A model generated the notes under the pieces. It had not been told where the DNA came from and did not search any database. It saw only the letters and a program-made list of their open reading frames with translations. From contig CAYXIK010000001.1 in assembly GCA_964465315.1 (NCBI GenBank), forward strand, positions 67,107 to 131,106: DNA of 64,000 bases, written 5' to 3'. This DNA comes from an uncultured Gemmatimonadaceae bacterium (GTDB lineage: Bacteria > Gemmatimonadota > Gemmatimonadetes > Gemmatimonadales > GWC2-71-9). Below are positions 56,210 to 64,000 of this stretch, piece by piece. Position 1 is the first letter of the stretch. The number at the start of each line of letters is the position of its first letter. Position numbers and translations under genes: made by a program.

Positions 56210-58640
56210 GCCGTCCGACCGTCCGACCGACCGACTGTCCGACCGCTGTCCCATCTCCGCCTTCCCACGGCGGCGGTACCCGGGTCGGTTCCGGCCACGG
56301 GATCTCGGGAAAGCTGGTGGGCCCGAAGCGTGGGTCCTCGCCCTTTTCCTTCCGCCGCAACGCCTTGAACACCTTCTCCGGCGTGATCGGCACCTCGTCG
56401 ATGCGCACCCCCACGGCGTCGTACACGGCGTTTGCCACCGCCGGGGGGACCGGCAGCAAGGGGCCCTGACCGCACTCCTTGGCGCCGAACGGCCCGTTCG
56501 GGTCGGGGTCCTCCACCACGTACGTCACGACGTCGCACATCTCCAGGGTCGTGGGGCTCTTGTATTCGAGCAGGCTGGGAATCTTGTGTACCACGTTGCG
56601 GTTCCCGCGGTAGGCCATTTCCTCCATGAGCGCCTCGCCCAGCCCCATGTAGACCGATCCTTCGATTTGTCCCATAACGCTTGTCGCGTTGATCACGCGC
56701 CCGACGTCATGGGCGATCCAGATCTTCGGCACGCGGACGATGCCAGTCGCGGGGTCGACGTCCACGAGGGCGACGCAGGCGCTATACGAGTAGGCGGGCG
56801 ACGGACCTACACCGGCGCCGCGGTAGCGACCGGGTGAGCTCGGCGGCGTGTAAGATCCGACCGTTCCCACGGTCCCCTCCGCGGCTTCCGCGAGCTGTAC
56901 CGCCTCCGCGAAAGCGAGTCCATGCTCTGGTCGCTCTACGTCGAATACGCGTCCGTCCGCGAAGGCGAGGCGCTCCTCGGAGACCTCGAGCTTGCGGGCG
57001 GCGTGGGGGGCGATGAGGTCGCGGGCGCGCTCCGCGGCTTGGATCGCGGCGTTCCCGGTCATGAGGGTGACCCGGCTGGAATAGCTCCCCAGGTCCACCG
57101 GCGTCAGGTCGGTATCGCCAGTGACCACGGCGATGTGCCCCGGGTCGAGCCCCAAGACTTCGGCCACGATCATTGCCAGAATCGAATCCGAGCCCTGCCC
57201 GATTTCGGTGGAGCCGCAGAACACGGTCACGCCGCCCCCGCGGTCGCACTTGAGCTGCACACCCGAGTGGGGCATCGCGTTCCAGTAGATGGGGAGGCCG
57301 GCGCCCGTGATGTACGAGGAGCACGCGAGCCCGATGCCCTGCCCGTACGGAAGTCGTTTGAATCTGCTCTTCCAATCCGACCCGCCCACCACTTTTTCGA
57401 TGCAGCGTCCCAGCCCTATGGTCCCGACTCGGAGCCAGTTCGCGGTGACCGATTTCGGCGGCACGAGATGCTTGAGCCGGAGCTCCGCCGGATCCATGCC
57501 CAACTGCTCGGCGAGCTTGTCTATGTGGACCTCGAGCGCGAAGCGCGGCTGTGGCGTTCCGTGTCCGCGTTTCGGGCCGCACGGTGGCTTGTTCGTGAAT
57601 GCTCTTGCGCCCTGGAACTTGTACCTGGGAACGGGATAGGTGACGGTCTGCAGGGCGCCGGTATAGTAGGTGCTCGCGACGCCGTAAGAGCCGTAGCCGC
57701 CGCCATCGAGCAGCGACCTGAAGTGCATGCCGGTGATCGCCCCATCCTTCTTGACGCCCGTTCTCACCCACATGAGCGTCGGGTGGCGCCCCCGGTGACA
57801 GTAAAAGACCTCTTCGCGCGTGAGCGTGATCTTGATCGGCCGGCCGGTGAGCATGGCGAGCTTGGCGGCGACGATCTCGTGGCTGAAGGGATCGCTCTTT
57901 CCCCCGAAGCCGCCGCCATTCGGACACGCGATCACGCGGATCCGGGCGGGCGGAAGCTCGAGCACCTTGGCGAGCGCCCGGTGCACGTAGTGGGGCGTCT
58001 GGGTCGAGCTCCAGACGGTGAGCTTTCCGCCAGGGGACCAGTCCGCGGCTGCCGCGTGCTGCTCCATCGGCAGGTGCGTGTTCCCCTCGAAGAAGAACAG
58101 GTCCTCGCGCACGAGGTCCGCTTCGCGGAATCCCAGCTCAACATCGCCGAACTCGAGATCGATCAGCTTGTGAATGTTGCCGGCGTCGGCGTAGTCGTGA
58201 ATCGCGGGGTCGGGATGCTCCACGGCGTCGATGGCATCGGGGAACGCGCGGAGCGGCTCGTAATGCACCTCGATGAGATCGAGCGCCTGAGTGGCGATCT
58301 CTTCGCTGGTCGCTGCGACTGCGGCGACGGGGTCGCCCACGAACCGCACCTTGTCGAGCGCCAGCGCATGCTCGTCCTGGCTCACGGGGAGAATGCCGAA
58401 AGGAATCGGCAGGTCCCGCCCGGTGAGCACCGCCTTGACGCCCGGGAGATCCCCGGCCTTCGACGGGTCGATCGACACAATGCGGGCGTGAGGATGGGGG
58501 CTCCGGAGCAGCTTGGCGTAGAGCATCCGTGGCAGGAACAGGTCGTCGGCGAAGCGGGTCGCGCCCGTGACCTTCGCGGTCGCGTCCACTTTGCGGAGCG
58601 CTTGCCCTACCACGCGTAACGCGCGCTTCTTACCACCCAT
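56202..58640 (-). CDS. Molybdenum hydroxylase large (molybdopterin-binding) subunit, xanthine dehydrogenase/CoxL/HcrA family
   Basis: Trimmed to ATG 58640. KVTGATRFADD, the GGGFGGK motif, and about 812 aa with a low-complexity C-terminal tail. Confidence 0.9.
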   Translation of the reverse strand: MGGKKRALRVVGQALRKVDATAKVTGATRFADDLFLPRMLYAKLLRSPHPHARIVSIDPSKAGDLPGVKAVLTGRDLPIPFGILPVSQDEHALALDKVRFVGDPVAAVAATSEEIATQALDLIEVHYEPLRAFPDAIDAVEHPDPAIHDYADAGNIHKLIDLEFGDVELGFREADLVREDLFFFEGNTHLPMEQHAAAADWSPGGKLTVWSSTQTPHYVHRALAKVLELPPARIRVIACPNGGGFGGKSDPFSHEIVAAKLAMLTGRPIKITLTREEVFYCHRGRHPTLMWVRTGVKKDGAITGMHFRSLLDGGGYGSYGVASTYYTGALQTVTYPVPRYKFQGARAFTNKPPCGPKRGHGTPQPRFALEVHIDKLAEQLGMDPAELRLKHLVPPKSVTANWLRVGTIGLGRCIEKVVGGSDWKSRFKRLPYGQGIGLACSSYITGAGLPIYWNAMPHSGVQLKCDRGGGVTVFCGSTEIGQGSDSILAMIVAEVLGLDPGHIAVVTGDTDLTPVDLGSYSSRVTLMTGNAAIQAAERARDLIAPHAARKLEVSEERLAFADGRVFDVERPEHGLAFAEAVQLAEAAEGTVGTVGSYTPPSSPGRYRGAGVGPSPAYSYSACVALVDVDPATGIVRVPKIWIAHDVGRVINATSVMGQIEGSVYMGLGEALMEEMAYRGNRNVVHKIPSLLEYKSPTTLEMCDVVTYVVEDPDPNGPFGAKECGQGPLLPVPPAVANAVYDAVGVRIDEVPITPEKVFKALRRKEKGEDPRFGPTSFPEIPWPEPTRVPPPWEGGDGTAVGQSVGRTVGRHA
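56211..56250. repeat. Degenerate period-8 tandem array (CCGTCCGA CCGTCCGA CCGACCGA CTGTCCGA CCGCTGTC)
   Basis: Read directly from the sequence. It encodes the C-terminal tail of the large subunit and lies immediately upstream of the medium-subunit start. Confidence 0.8.
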
Positions 58641-59148
58641 AGAGCGTCTCCCGAGCCGGCTGTGCGTCCTCACCCCGCATCCGCGCCGCCGCGAGCTCAA
58701 CCGCTTCGTAGATCTTGATGTAGCCGGTGCAGCGGCACAGGTTGCCCGCCAGGGCCTGCTTGATGTCGTCGCGCGAGGGACTGGCATTCGCCGCGAGTAG
58801 CGCTTCAGCCGCAAGTAGGAAGGCGGGCGTGCAGTAGCCGCACTGGGCCGCCCCGAGCTCGGCGAACGTCTCCTGGAGCGGATGCAGGGTGCCGCGATCG
58901 GCCATCCCCTCGACGGTCTTCACGCGGCGTCCCGCGCAAGCGAGGCCGAGGACGAGGCAGGAGAGCACGGGCGTGCCGTCGAGCAGCACGGTGCAGGTGC
59001 CACATTCTCCCAGCTCGCAGCCGTGTTTCGTGCCTGTGAGGGTCAGGTCCTCACGCAGCACTTCGAGGAGCGTCTTGTGCGGCGCGAACGCCACCTCGAC
59101 GAGCTCCCCGTTCACTTCGAGCGCGATCTTCGCTTTGGCATCGGGCAT
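58630..59148 (-). CDS. Molybdenum hydroxylase small subunit, 2x[2Fe-2S]
   Basis: Trimmed to ATG 59148. CELGECGTCTV...C (plant-type cluster) and CGYCTP...CRCTGY (second cluster). Confidence 0.9.
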   Translation of the reverse strand: MPDAKAKIALEVNGELVEVAFAPHKTLLEVLREDLTLTGTKHGCELGECGTCTVLLDGTPVLSCLVLGLACAGRRVKTVEGMADRGTLHPLQETFAELGAAQCGYCTPAFLLAAEALLAANASPSRDDIKQALAGNLCRCTGYIKIYEAVELAAARMRGEDAQPARETLYGW

Positions 59149-59236
59149 TGTGCTTAATCGTAATCTTGATAACGGTGCGGTCGGGCGCCAGCTTTCGGGC
59201 CGCATCGGAGCGCAAAACTCAAATCGAGGAGCGCAA

Positions 59237-60463
59237 ATGAAGACAGTTAGACAGTTAGGTTGTTGGACGGTTGGTGGGGTAGCGCTCCTTCTATCTGTCT
59301 ATCCGTCTTTCGGTCTGACCGCCCAGGACTACCGCGCCCGCGCCGTCGCCATCCTCAAGACCGTGCCTCTCATCGACGGGCACAACGACATCCCGGACGC
59401 CATCCGGGGTCGAGGCGGGCTTGACTCCGTGGATTTTGCCGTCAACCAGCCGAAGCTCATGACCGACATACTCAAGCTTCGCGCCGGAGCGGTAGGCGCG
59501 CAGTTCTGGGCGGCCTATGTGCCGGTCACGACGATCCACGGCGGGGAGCACCCGGCGGTATACGCGCTCGAGCAGATCGATCTCGTCCACCGTCTCTGCG
59601 GCAAGTATCCCCAGGCCCTCGCGATGGCCCTGACGGCGGCCGACGTCGACCGGAATTTCAAGGCGGGGAAGGTTTCCTGCCTGATCGGGATCGAGGGGGG
59701 TCACGCGATCGAGAACTCACTCGGCGCGCTGCGAATGTTCTACCAGCTGGGCGTGCGGTACATGACGCTCACCCACTGGGAGACCATCGACTGGGCCGAC
59801 GCCGCCACCGACAGCGCCAAGCACAACGGCCTGACCCCGTTCGGTGAAGAGGTGGTGCGCGAGATGAACCGGTTGGGCATGCTGGTCGATCTCTCGCACG
59901 TGTCCGATGCCACGATGGTCGGCGCGATCCGCGTCTCGCGCGCCCCCGTGTTCTTCTCTCACTCCTCCGCCCGCGCCCTCAGTAATCACGTGCGCAACGT
60001 GCCCGACTCGATCCTGAAGATGGTGAAGGCGAACGGCGGGGTCGTGATGGTGAACTTCAATCCCGGATTCGTCTCCGAAGCGGTACGGGTGAACGAAGAG
60101 AGCATGGCCGCGCGCTCTCGCGCGCTGCACGCCGCGGGCGTCGACACCGCGACGATCGAGGATTCGGTCAAGGTGTGGACGGCCCGCGGACCGAAGGCGA
60201 CGCTCCAGCAGGTCGCGGACCACATCGAGCATATCCGCACGGTCGCGGGCATCGACCACGTGGGGCTGGGCTCCGACTTCGACGGGATCACCGAGGTGCC
60301 GGTGGGGCTGGAGGAGGTCTCGAAGTTCCCCGATCTGATCGCAGAGCTGCTGCGGCGGGGATGGAATGAAGAGGACGTCCGCAAGGTGGCAGGACTGAAT
60401 GCGCTTCGGGTGATGCGGGCGGCGGAGCGGGTGGCGACCGGGACTAGGAAAGGCAAAAGCTAG
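59237..60463 (+). CDS. Membrane (renal-type, M19) dipeptidase, secreted
   Basis: Track ORF 58889..60463 trimmed to ATG 59237, downstream of GAGGAG. It has a signal peptide and the motifs IDGHNDIP, LIGIEGGHAI, DLSHVSD, FSHSSARAL and GLGSDFDG. Confidence 0.9.
   Translation: MKTVRQLGCWTVGGVALLLSVYPSFGLTAQDYRARAVAILKTVPLIDGHNDIPDAIRGRGGLDSVDFAVNQPKLMTDILKLRAGAVGAQFWAAYVPVTTIHGGEHPAVYALEQIDLVHRLCGKYPQALAMALTAADVDRNFKAGKVSCLIGIEGGHAIENSLGALRMFYQLGVRYMTLTHWETIDWADAATDSAKHNGLTPFGEEVVREMNRLGMLVDLSHVSDATMVGAIRVSRAPVFFSHSSARALSNHVRNVPDSILKMVKANGGVVMVNFNPGFVSEAVRVNEESMAARSRALHAAGVDTATIEDSVKVWTARGPKATLQQVADHIEHIRTVAGIDHVGLGSDFDGITEVPVGLEEVSKFPDLIAELLRRGWNEEDVRKVAGLNALRVMRAAERVATGTRKGKS
59244..59322. repeat. 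Two degenerate period-8 tandem arrays in the dipeptidase signal-peptide coding region
   Basis: CAGTTAGA CAGTTAGG TTGTTGGA CGGTTGGT (59244..59275) and CTATCTGT CTATCCGT CTTTCGGT CTGACCGC (59291..59322). Confidence 0.75.
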
Positions 60464-60483
60464 ACGCACGGACGCGCAGCGGC

Positions 60484-60529
60484 GAACAGGCGGGAAGGTG
60501 CGGCTGGTCCTCCACCCTGCCACCTGTTC
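60484..60529. terminator. Imperfect GC-rich hairpin between convergent genes
   Basis: GAACAGGCGGGAAGGTG ... CACCCTGCCACCTGTTC, with 14 of 17 positions complementary. There is no U-tract. It overlaps the GT2 stop codon. Confidence 0.35.
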
Positions 60530-61976
60530 ACCCCTGTGCGTCTACGCGTCTCGCCGTTGCAGGTGCTGCAGCCTGCGGGCCTGAGGACTCGAACCCTGTC
60601 CTCGTCATCTCTCCCCACACGTGCTGTGACCTCCACACCGTGACGAATGCCTTGAGTCGCCACCACACGGTTCGCTGGCGATAGCCGAAGTTCTCGAGCG
60701 TCGCGAACGCGACCAGACGGAGCAGGTCCCCGAGCCGGCGGTAGCGGCGAAAGCTCGCCTCCTCAAGCACGACGGCCCAGAGTGACAGCAGCATGCCGTA
60801 GCCCCACGCGACGAGCACGAACAACAGGGCGAAGCCGGCGTTGACGACGCCGAGCGCGAGGCCCACTAACGTGATCACGTACCCAAGCACCTCGATGAGG
60901 GGCGCCAGCGCTTCGCCGAACGTATAGAACGGAACGGCGATCAGGCCGACACGTCCGTAGCGTGGATTGAACAGCATGGTCTTGTAGGTCCACATGGCCG
61001 CGAGGAGACCGCGGTGCCAGCGCTCGCGTTGGCCCGCGAGCACCTTTCCGGACTCCGGTACTTCCGTCCATGCGACCGGATCGGGAATGAAGGGCATCTC
61101 GTAGCGGACGCGCCGCCGCAGCAGGTAGCGATGCAACCGCACGACGAGATCGAGGTCCTCCACCACACTCGCGGTGCGGTAGCCGTTGATCGCGAGCACG
61201 TCCTCCTTGCGGAACAGCCCGAACGCCCCCGAGATGATGAGGTTGCCCCCGAGGCGATTCCACCCGAGGCGCCCGAACAGGAACGCGCGTAGGTACTCCA
61301 CGACCTGGACGCCCGGGAGGAAGCGACGCGGCACGCGGGCGTCGGTCACGCGCCCGTGCTCCACCGTGCAGCTGTTCGCCACGCGGACGGTCCCACCGAC
61401 GGCGGCGATGTGGCGGCCCAGCAGGAACGGGCGCGTGAGCCGCAGGAGCGCGTCCGGCTCGATCAGCGTGTCGGCGTCCACGGCGATCACGAGCGGGAAG
61501 CGGCTGGCGTTGATTGCGGCGTTCAGCGAATCGGCCTTCCCACCGTTCTCCTTGTCGAGCACCACCAGGCGCGTGCGGCTGCGAGACCGGTAAACACCTC
61601 GGAGCGGGCGCGTCGCAATCACCTCGGGATACGTGCGGGGCACTTCGTACAGGTCGAACGCCTCCCGCAGCCGGTCGAGCGTGTCGTCCTTAGAACCGTC
61701 GTTCACCACGATCACTTCGAAATTGCGATACTCGAGGGTGAGGATGGCGGTGACGCTGGATTGGATCGTGGCGCGCTCGTTGTATGCGGGAACGAGGATC
61801 GAGATGGGCGGCAGCGCGTCGCTCTGCATGATCCGCTGGAAATCGTCGTCCTCGGCCAGGCGCGTCTGCTCCCAGATCTCGGGGATCGAAAGAATCAGGA
61901 GCAGGGCGTAGAACGAGTTGAGGGCCAAAAAGTAGACGAGGATTACATAGTCACCGCCGCCGATGAGATCCCTCAC
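60528..61976 (-). CDS. Processive family-2 glycosyltransferase (PgaC/IcaA/cellulose-synthase-like exopolysaccharide synthase)
   Basis: Track ORF 60528..62135 trimmed to GTG 61976 (GTGA overlap). TM helices flank a GT2 core with VPAYNE, VNDGSKDDT, VDADT and QRERWHRG (QxxRW). Confidence 0.85.
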   Translation of the reverse strand: MRDLIGGGDYVILVYFLALNSFYALLLILSIPEIWEQTRLAEDDDFQRIMQSDALPPISILVPAYNERATIQSSVTAILTLEYRNFEVIVVNDGSKDDTLDRLREAFDLYEVPRTYPEVIATRPLRGVYRSRSRTRLVVLDKENGGKADSLNAAINASRFPLVIAVDADTLIEPDALLRLTRPFLLGRHIAAVGGTVRVANSCTVEHGRVTDARVPRRFLPGVQVVEYLRAFLFGRLGWNRLGGNLIISGAFGLFRKEDVLAINGYRTASVVEDLDLVVRLHRYLLRRRVRYEMPFIPDPVAWTEVPESGKVLAGQRERWHRGLLAAMWTYKTMLFNPRYGRVGLIAVPFYTFGEALAPLIEVLGYVITLVGLALGVVNAGFALLFVLVAWGYGMLLSLWAVVLEEASFRRYRRLGDLLRLVAFATLENFGYRQRTVWWRLKAFVTVWRSQHVWGEMTRTGFESSGPQAAAPATARRVDAQG

Positions 61977-63034
61977 GCGGCGTACTCCGCGAGCGCCTGG
62001 GCCGAGAGCCCGAGGACCAGACGCGCCATGTCGCGCGCCGCCTGGTCGGGACCGTGCTCGTTCTGCAGGAGAACGTCGCGGCCCACACCCCCAAAGCGCG
62101 TGAGCGCCAGGCCAGCCCGGATTCGCACCCACCACTCGGGATCGCGGAGCGCGTCTCGGACGAGTGGCAGGGTGGCACGATCGGCGATCATGCCGAGCGA
62201 GCGTACGGCCTGGGCGCGGACCGCCCAGGCTTCGTCACGGACCAGTCGGGTGAGGACCGCGATCGACGCGGGGTGAGGAAACGCGCCGACCCCGCGCGCC
62301 GCCTGGACCCGGACTTCCGGATTCGGGTGCGCGCCCAGCGCGGTCAGCGACTCGCGGAGCGCTGGCTCGTTGAGACGCCCGGCGAACTCCGTCAGGCGAG
62401 GCAAGGCCGGGTCGTCGCTGCGCTGCAGCATCTTGAGGAGGAGCTGCACGACCAGGGGACGCGACCGGCGGAGCATGCCGGCGTAGTAGGCCCCGACGGT
62501 GGGGGCGAGTCGTGGAAGGCGCTCGAGCGCCGCGGTCGTGAGGGCCGCGCTCTCAAGGCGCTCGAGCGTGGCGACGGCGGCGATGTGCACGGCGGGGTTG
62601 GCATCGTGCAGGAGCTTGAGAACGCTCGACGTATCCTCCCGGGTCGCGGCCACCGCGAAGAAGCGCGCCGCCTCGAGCCGCTTCCACCATCGCCCCGATT
62701 GCGCGTTCGACCGGACGATCCGTGCCCACCAGTGGCCCCGCAGCGCGGCGGCGAGCTGACGCCAGCGATCGCCGGGGACGCGGGCCGACCAGCTCACGAG
62801 CGCGTCGACGGCGAGGGGGATGGGCAGGCGCGCCAGGTGCACGAGCACGCTTCCCAGGTCCGTCGAGCCGAGCGCCCAGCGTTGCATGGCCGCGTTGAGC
62901 CGGACCATGCGGGGATGCACGCGTGCCTTGCGGCGCAGGCGGAACCAGCGGTTGAGAATGATCAGGATGATGAGGGCGACGAGGAGCGCGCCCTGCGCGA
63001 CCGCGACGACGGCGAGAAAGTGGCGACTCGTCAT
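61973..63034 (-). CDS. Membrane-anchored HEAT-repeat (PBS-lyase-type) protein
   Basis: Trimmed to ATG 63034 (ATGA overlap). N-terminal TM helix FLAVVAVAQGALLVALIILIIL, then repeats such as HPNPEVRVQAARGVG, DEAWAVRAQAVRSLG and DPEWWVRIRAGLAL. Confidence 0.7.
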   Translation of the reverse strand: MTSRHFLAVVAVAQGALLVALIILIILNRWFRLRRKARVHPRMVRLNAAMQRWALGSTDLGSVLVHLARLPIPLAVDALVSWSARVPGDRWRQLAAALRGHWWARIVRSNAQSGRWWKRLEAARFFAVAATREDTSSVLKLLHDANPAVHIAAVATLERLESAALTTAALERLPRLAPTVGAYYAGMLRRSRPLVVQLLLKMLQRSDDPALPRLTEFAGRLNEPALRESLTALGAHPNPEVRVQAARGVGAFPHPASIAVLTRLVRDEAWAVRAQAVRSLGMIADRATLPLVRDALRDPEWWVRIRAGLALTRFGGVGRDVLLQNEHGPDQAARDMARLVLGLSAQALAEYAA

Positions 63035-63810
63035 TTGCCCACCCAGCGGCGGACCTTCTCGAGCGCCACACGCAGGCTGATCGGCTTGACGAGGTAGTCG
63101 AGGGCACCCGCCTCGAGTCCGCGCAGTTGCTCGCTCTCGTCGCCATGGACCGTGGTGAACACCACGCGGTACGCGCCGGGGCGCTCGCGCTGGAGCGCGG
63201 CAAAGATCGAGTACCCGTCCAGCGCGGGGAGATCCACGTCGAGGAGGAGCAGCGGGTGCGACCGCCCGGTGTCGAGGGCAAGCAGGTGATCGAGCGCGTC
63301 CCGCCCGTTTCGGAACGACGCGAAGTGATAGCCGCGGGAGCGCAAACCGTACTCGAGCAGCTCCGCGAGGGCCGGGTCGTCCTCGACCACCACCACGTCC
63401 GGGACGCGGGTGTCGTCGGCCCGAGCGGGCGGCGGAGCAATCGGGCGGTGGTCCCCGCCGCGTGTGGTCGGGACCTCGAGCTTCAGCCCCTCGGCCAGCC
63501 GGGCGACGAACCATTGCGTGAGGGAGCCGCGGTCCGCGTCCACGTCGTCGGGCCGGGCGGCCCAGTCTTTGACGGTCGCCTCCATCCCTGCCGCGAGGCG
63601 CGAGACTCCCCAGAAGCCGTACGAGCCGGCGGACCCGTGGATCTTGTGGGTCTCGCGGCGCAGCGCCTCTAGGGCCTCGCGGTCGTTCCCCGCGACGGCC
63701 AGGCGGTCTGCCAGATCTGCGAGGAGACCGAGCTCCCCGCGCATGCCTTCGAGGTACTCCTCGAGCAAGCCGGGCGGGAGCTCAGGAGGCGACGCCGAGT
63801 CGGCCATCAT
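63031..63810 (-). CDS. Hpt (histidine phosphotransfer) domain fused to a response-regulator receiver
   Basis: 259 aa. Hpt motif ETHKIHGSAGSYGF. REC domain VVVVEDDPAL...LLLLDVDLPALDG...LVKP. Confidence 0.8.
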   Translation of the reverse strand: MMADSASPPELPPGLLEEYLEGMRGELGLLADLADRLAVAGNDREALEALRRETHKIHGSAGSYGFWGVSRLAAGMEATVKDWAARPDDVDADRGSLTQWFVARLAEGLKLEVPTTRGGDHRPIAPPPARADDTRVPDVVVVEDDPALAELLEYGLRSRGYHFASFRNGRDALDHLLALDTGRSHPLLLLDVDLPALDGYSIFAALQRERPGAYRVVFTTVHGDESEQLRGLEAGALDYLVKPISLRVALEKVRRWVGK

Positions 63811-63878
63811 GTATCAAGATGGGGAGACCCCGAGCGAAAATGCCAGGGCGCGCCGGGTTATCTTGCCGGGGCTCGCCC

Positions 63879-64000
63879 ATGACCCAACCCGACACCGTCG
63901 GCCTGTGTCGTACGTGCCGGTGGATGCGTCGCATCCCAAATCGGCGCGGCTCGACGTTTTATCGCTGCGGTCTCGCCGATCGAGATCCGCGCTTCCCGCG
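63879..64000 (+). CDS. Cys-rich small protein, 5' part only (runs off the right edge)
   Basis: ATG 63879 gives MTQPDTVGLCRTCRWMRRIPNRRGSTFYRCGLADRDPRFP... The CxxC...YxC...DPRFP pattern resembles a widespread small conserved hypothetical family, recognised from memory only. Confidence 0.4.
   Translation, partial: MTQPDTVGLCRTCRWMRRIPNRRGSTFYRCGLADRDPRFP

Noticed and set aside
55932-59322. Short repeat arrays considered as a CRISPR array or a MITE/REP mobile element.
   Set aside because: The repeat unit is only 8 nt, with no spacers of CRISPR size, no cas genes, no terminal inverted repeats with target-site duplications, and the tracts are translated in frame. I kept them as a repeat curiosity only.

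Overview
This is a 64-kb, high-GC (about two-thirds G+C by eye), very gene-dense chromosomal segment from a Gram-negative bacterium. The protein repertoire (Big_2/TolB-propeller proteins, many secreted amidohydrolases and peptidases, lipoboxes) suggests a Gemmatimonadota-like organism, but that is a low-confidence inference. I support about 58 protein-coding genes. Many are joined by 4-nt ATGA/GTGA/TGATG stop-start overlaps. Recognisable housekeeping genes are gyrA, leuS, an argC-argB-argD-GNAT operon, serA with a class-V aminotransferase, rnhA, dCMP deaminase, selD and a clpP-like gene. The rest are signalling genes (REC-GAF-GGDEF, Ser/Thr kinase, MCP, hybrid PAS kinase, ECF sigma/anti-sigma, PadR, TetR) and secreted hydrolases. 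I found no rRNA, tRNA, CRISPR array, transposase, integrase or phage genes, so this looks like ordinary core genome rather than an accessory island, and I see no convincing wholly novel system. The points most worth a second look are listed below. (1) selD carries an in-frame TGA (selenocysteine) followed by a SECIS-like hairpin, which splits the ORF track. (2) A three-subunit molybdenum hydroxylase has hcrCAB gene order and an HcrB-type Cys-rich insertion in its FAD subunit, and is followed by a ClpP paralog whose catalytic Asp is replaced by Asn. (3) A secreted beta-barrel-like domain is fused to an amicyanin-type cupredoxin. (4) Tandem ARG boxes overlap an apparently leaderless argC promoter. 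(5) An Hpt-REC / HEAT-repeat / processive GT2 operon is translationally coupled. (6) A family of period-8 (TTCCGTCN-type) tandem arrays lies inside coding regions, including a 24-nt inverted pair. The ORF track uses the longest ORFs with alternative starts, so many N-termini were trimmed by hand. Coordinates of small hand-derived motifs may be off by 1-2 nt. All homology calls come from motif recognition by eye, not from database searches.
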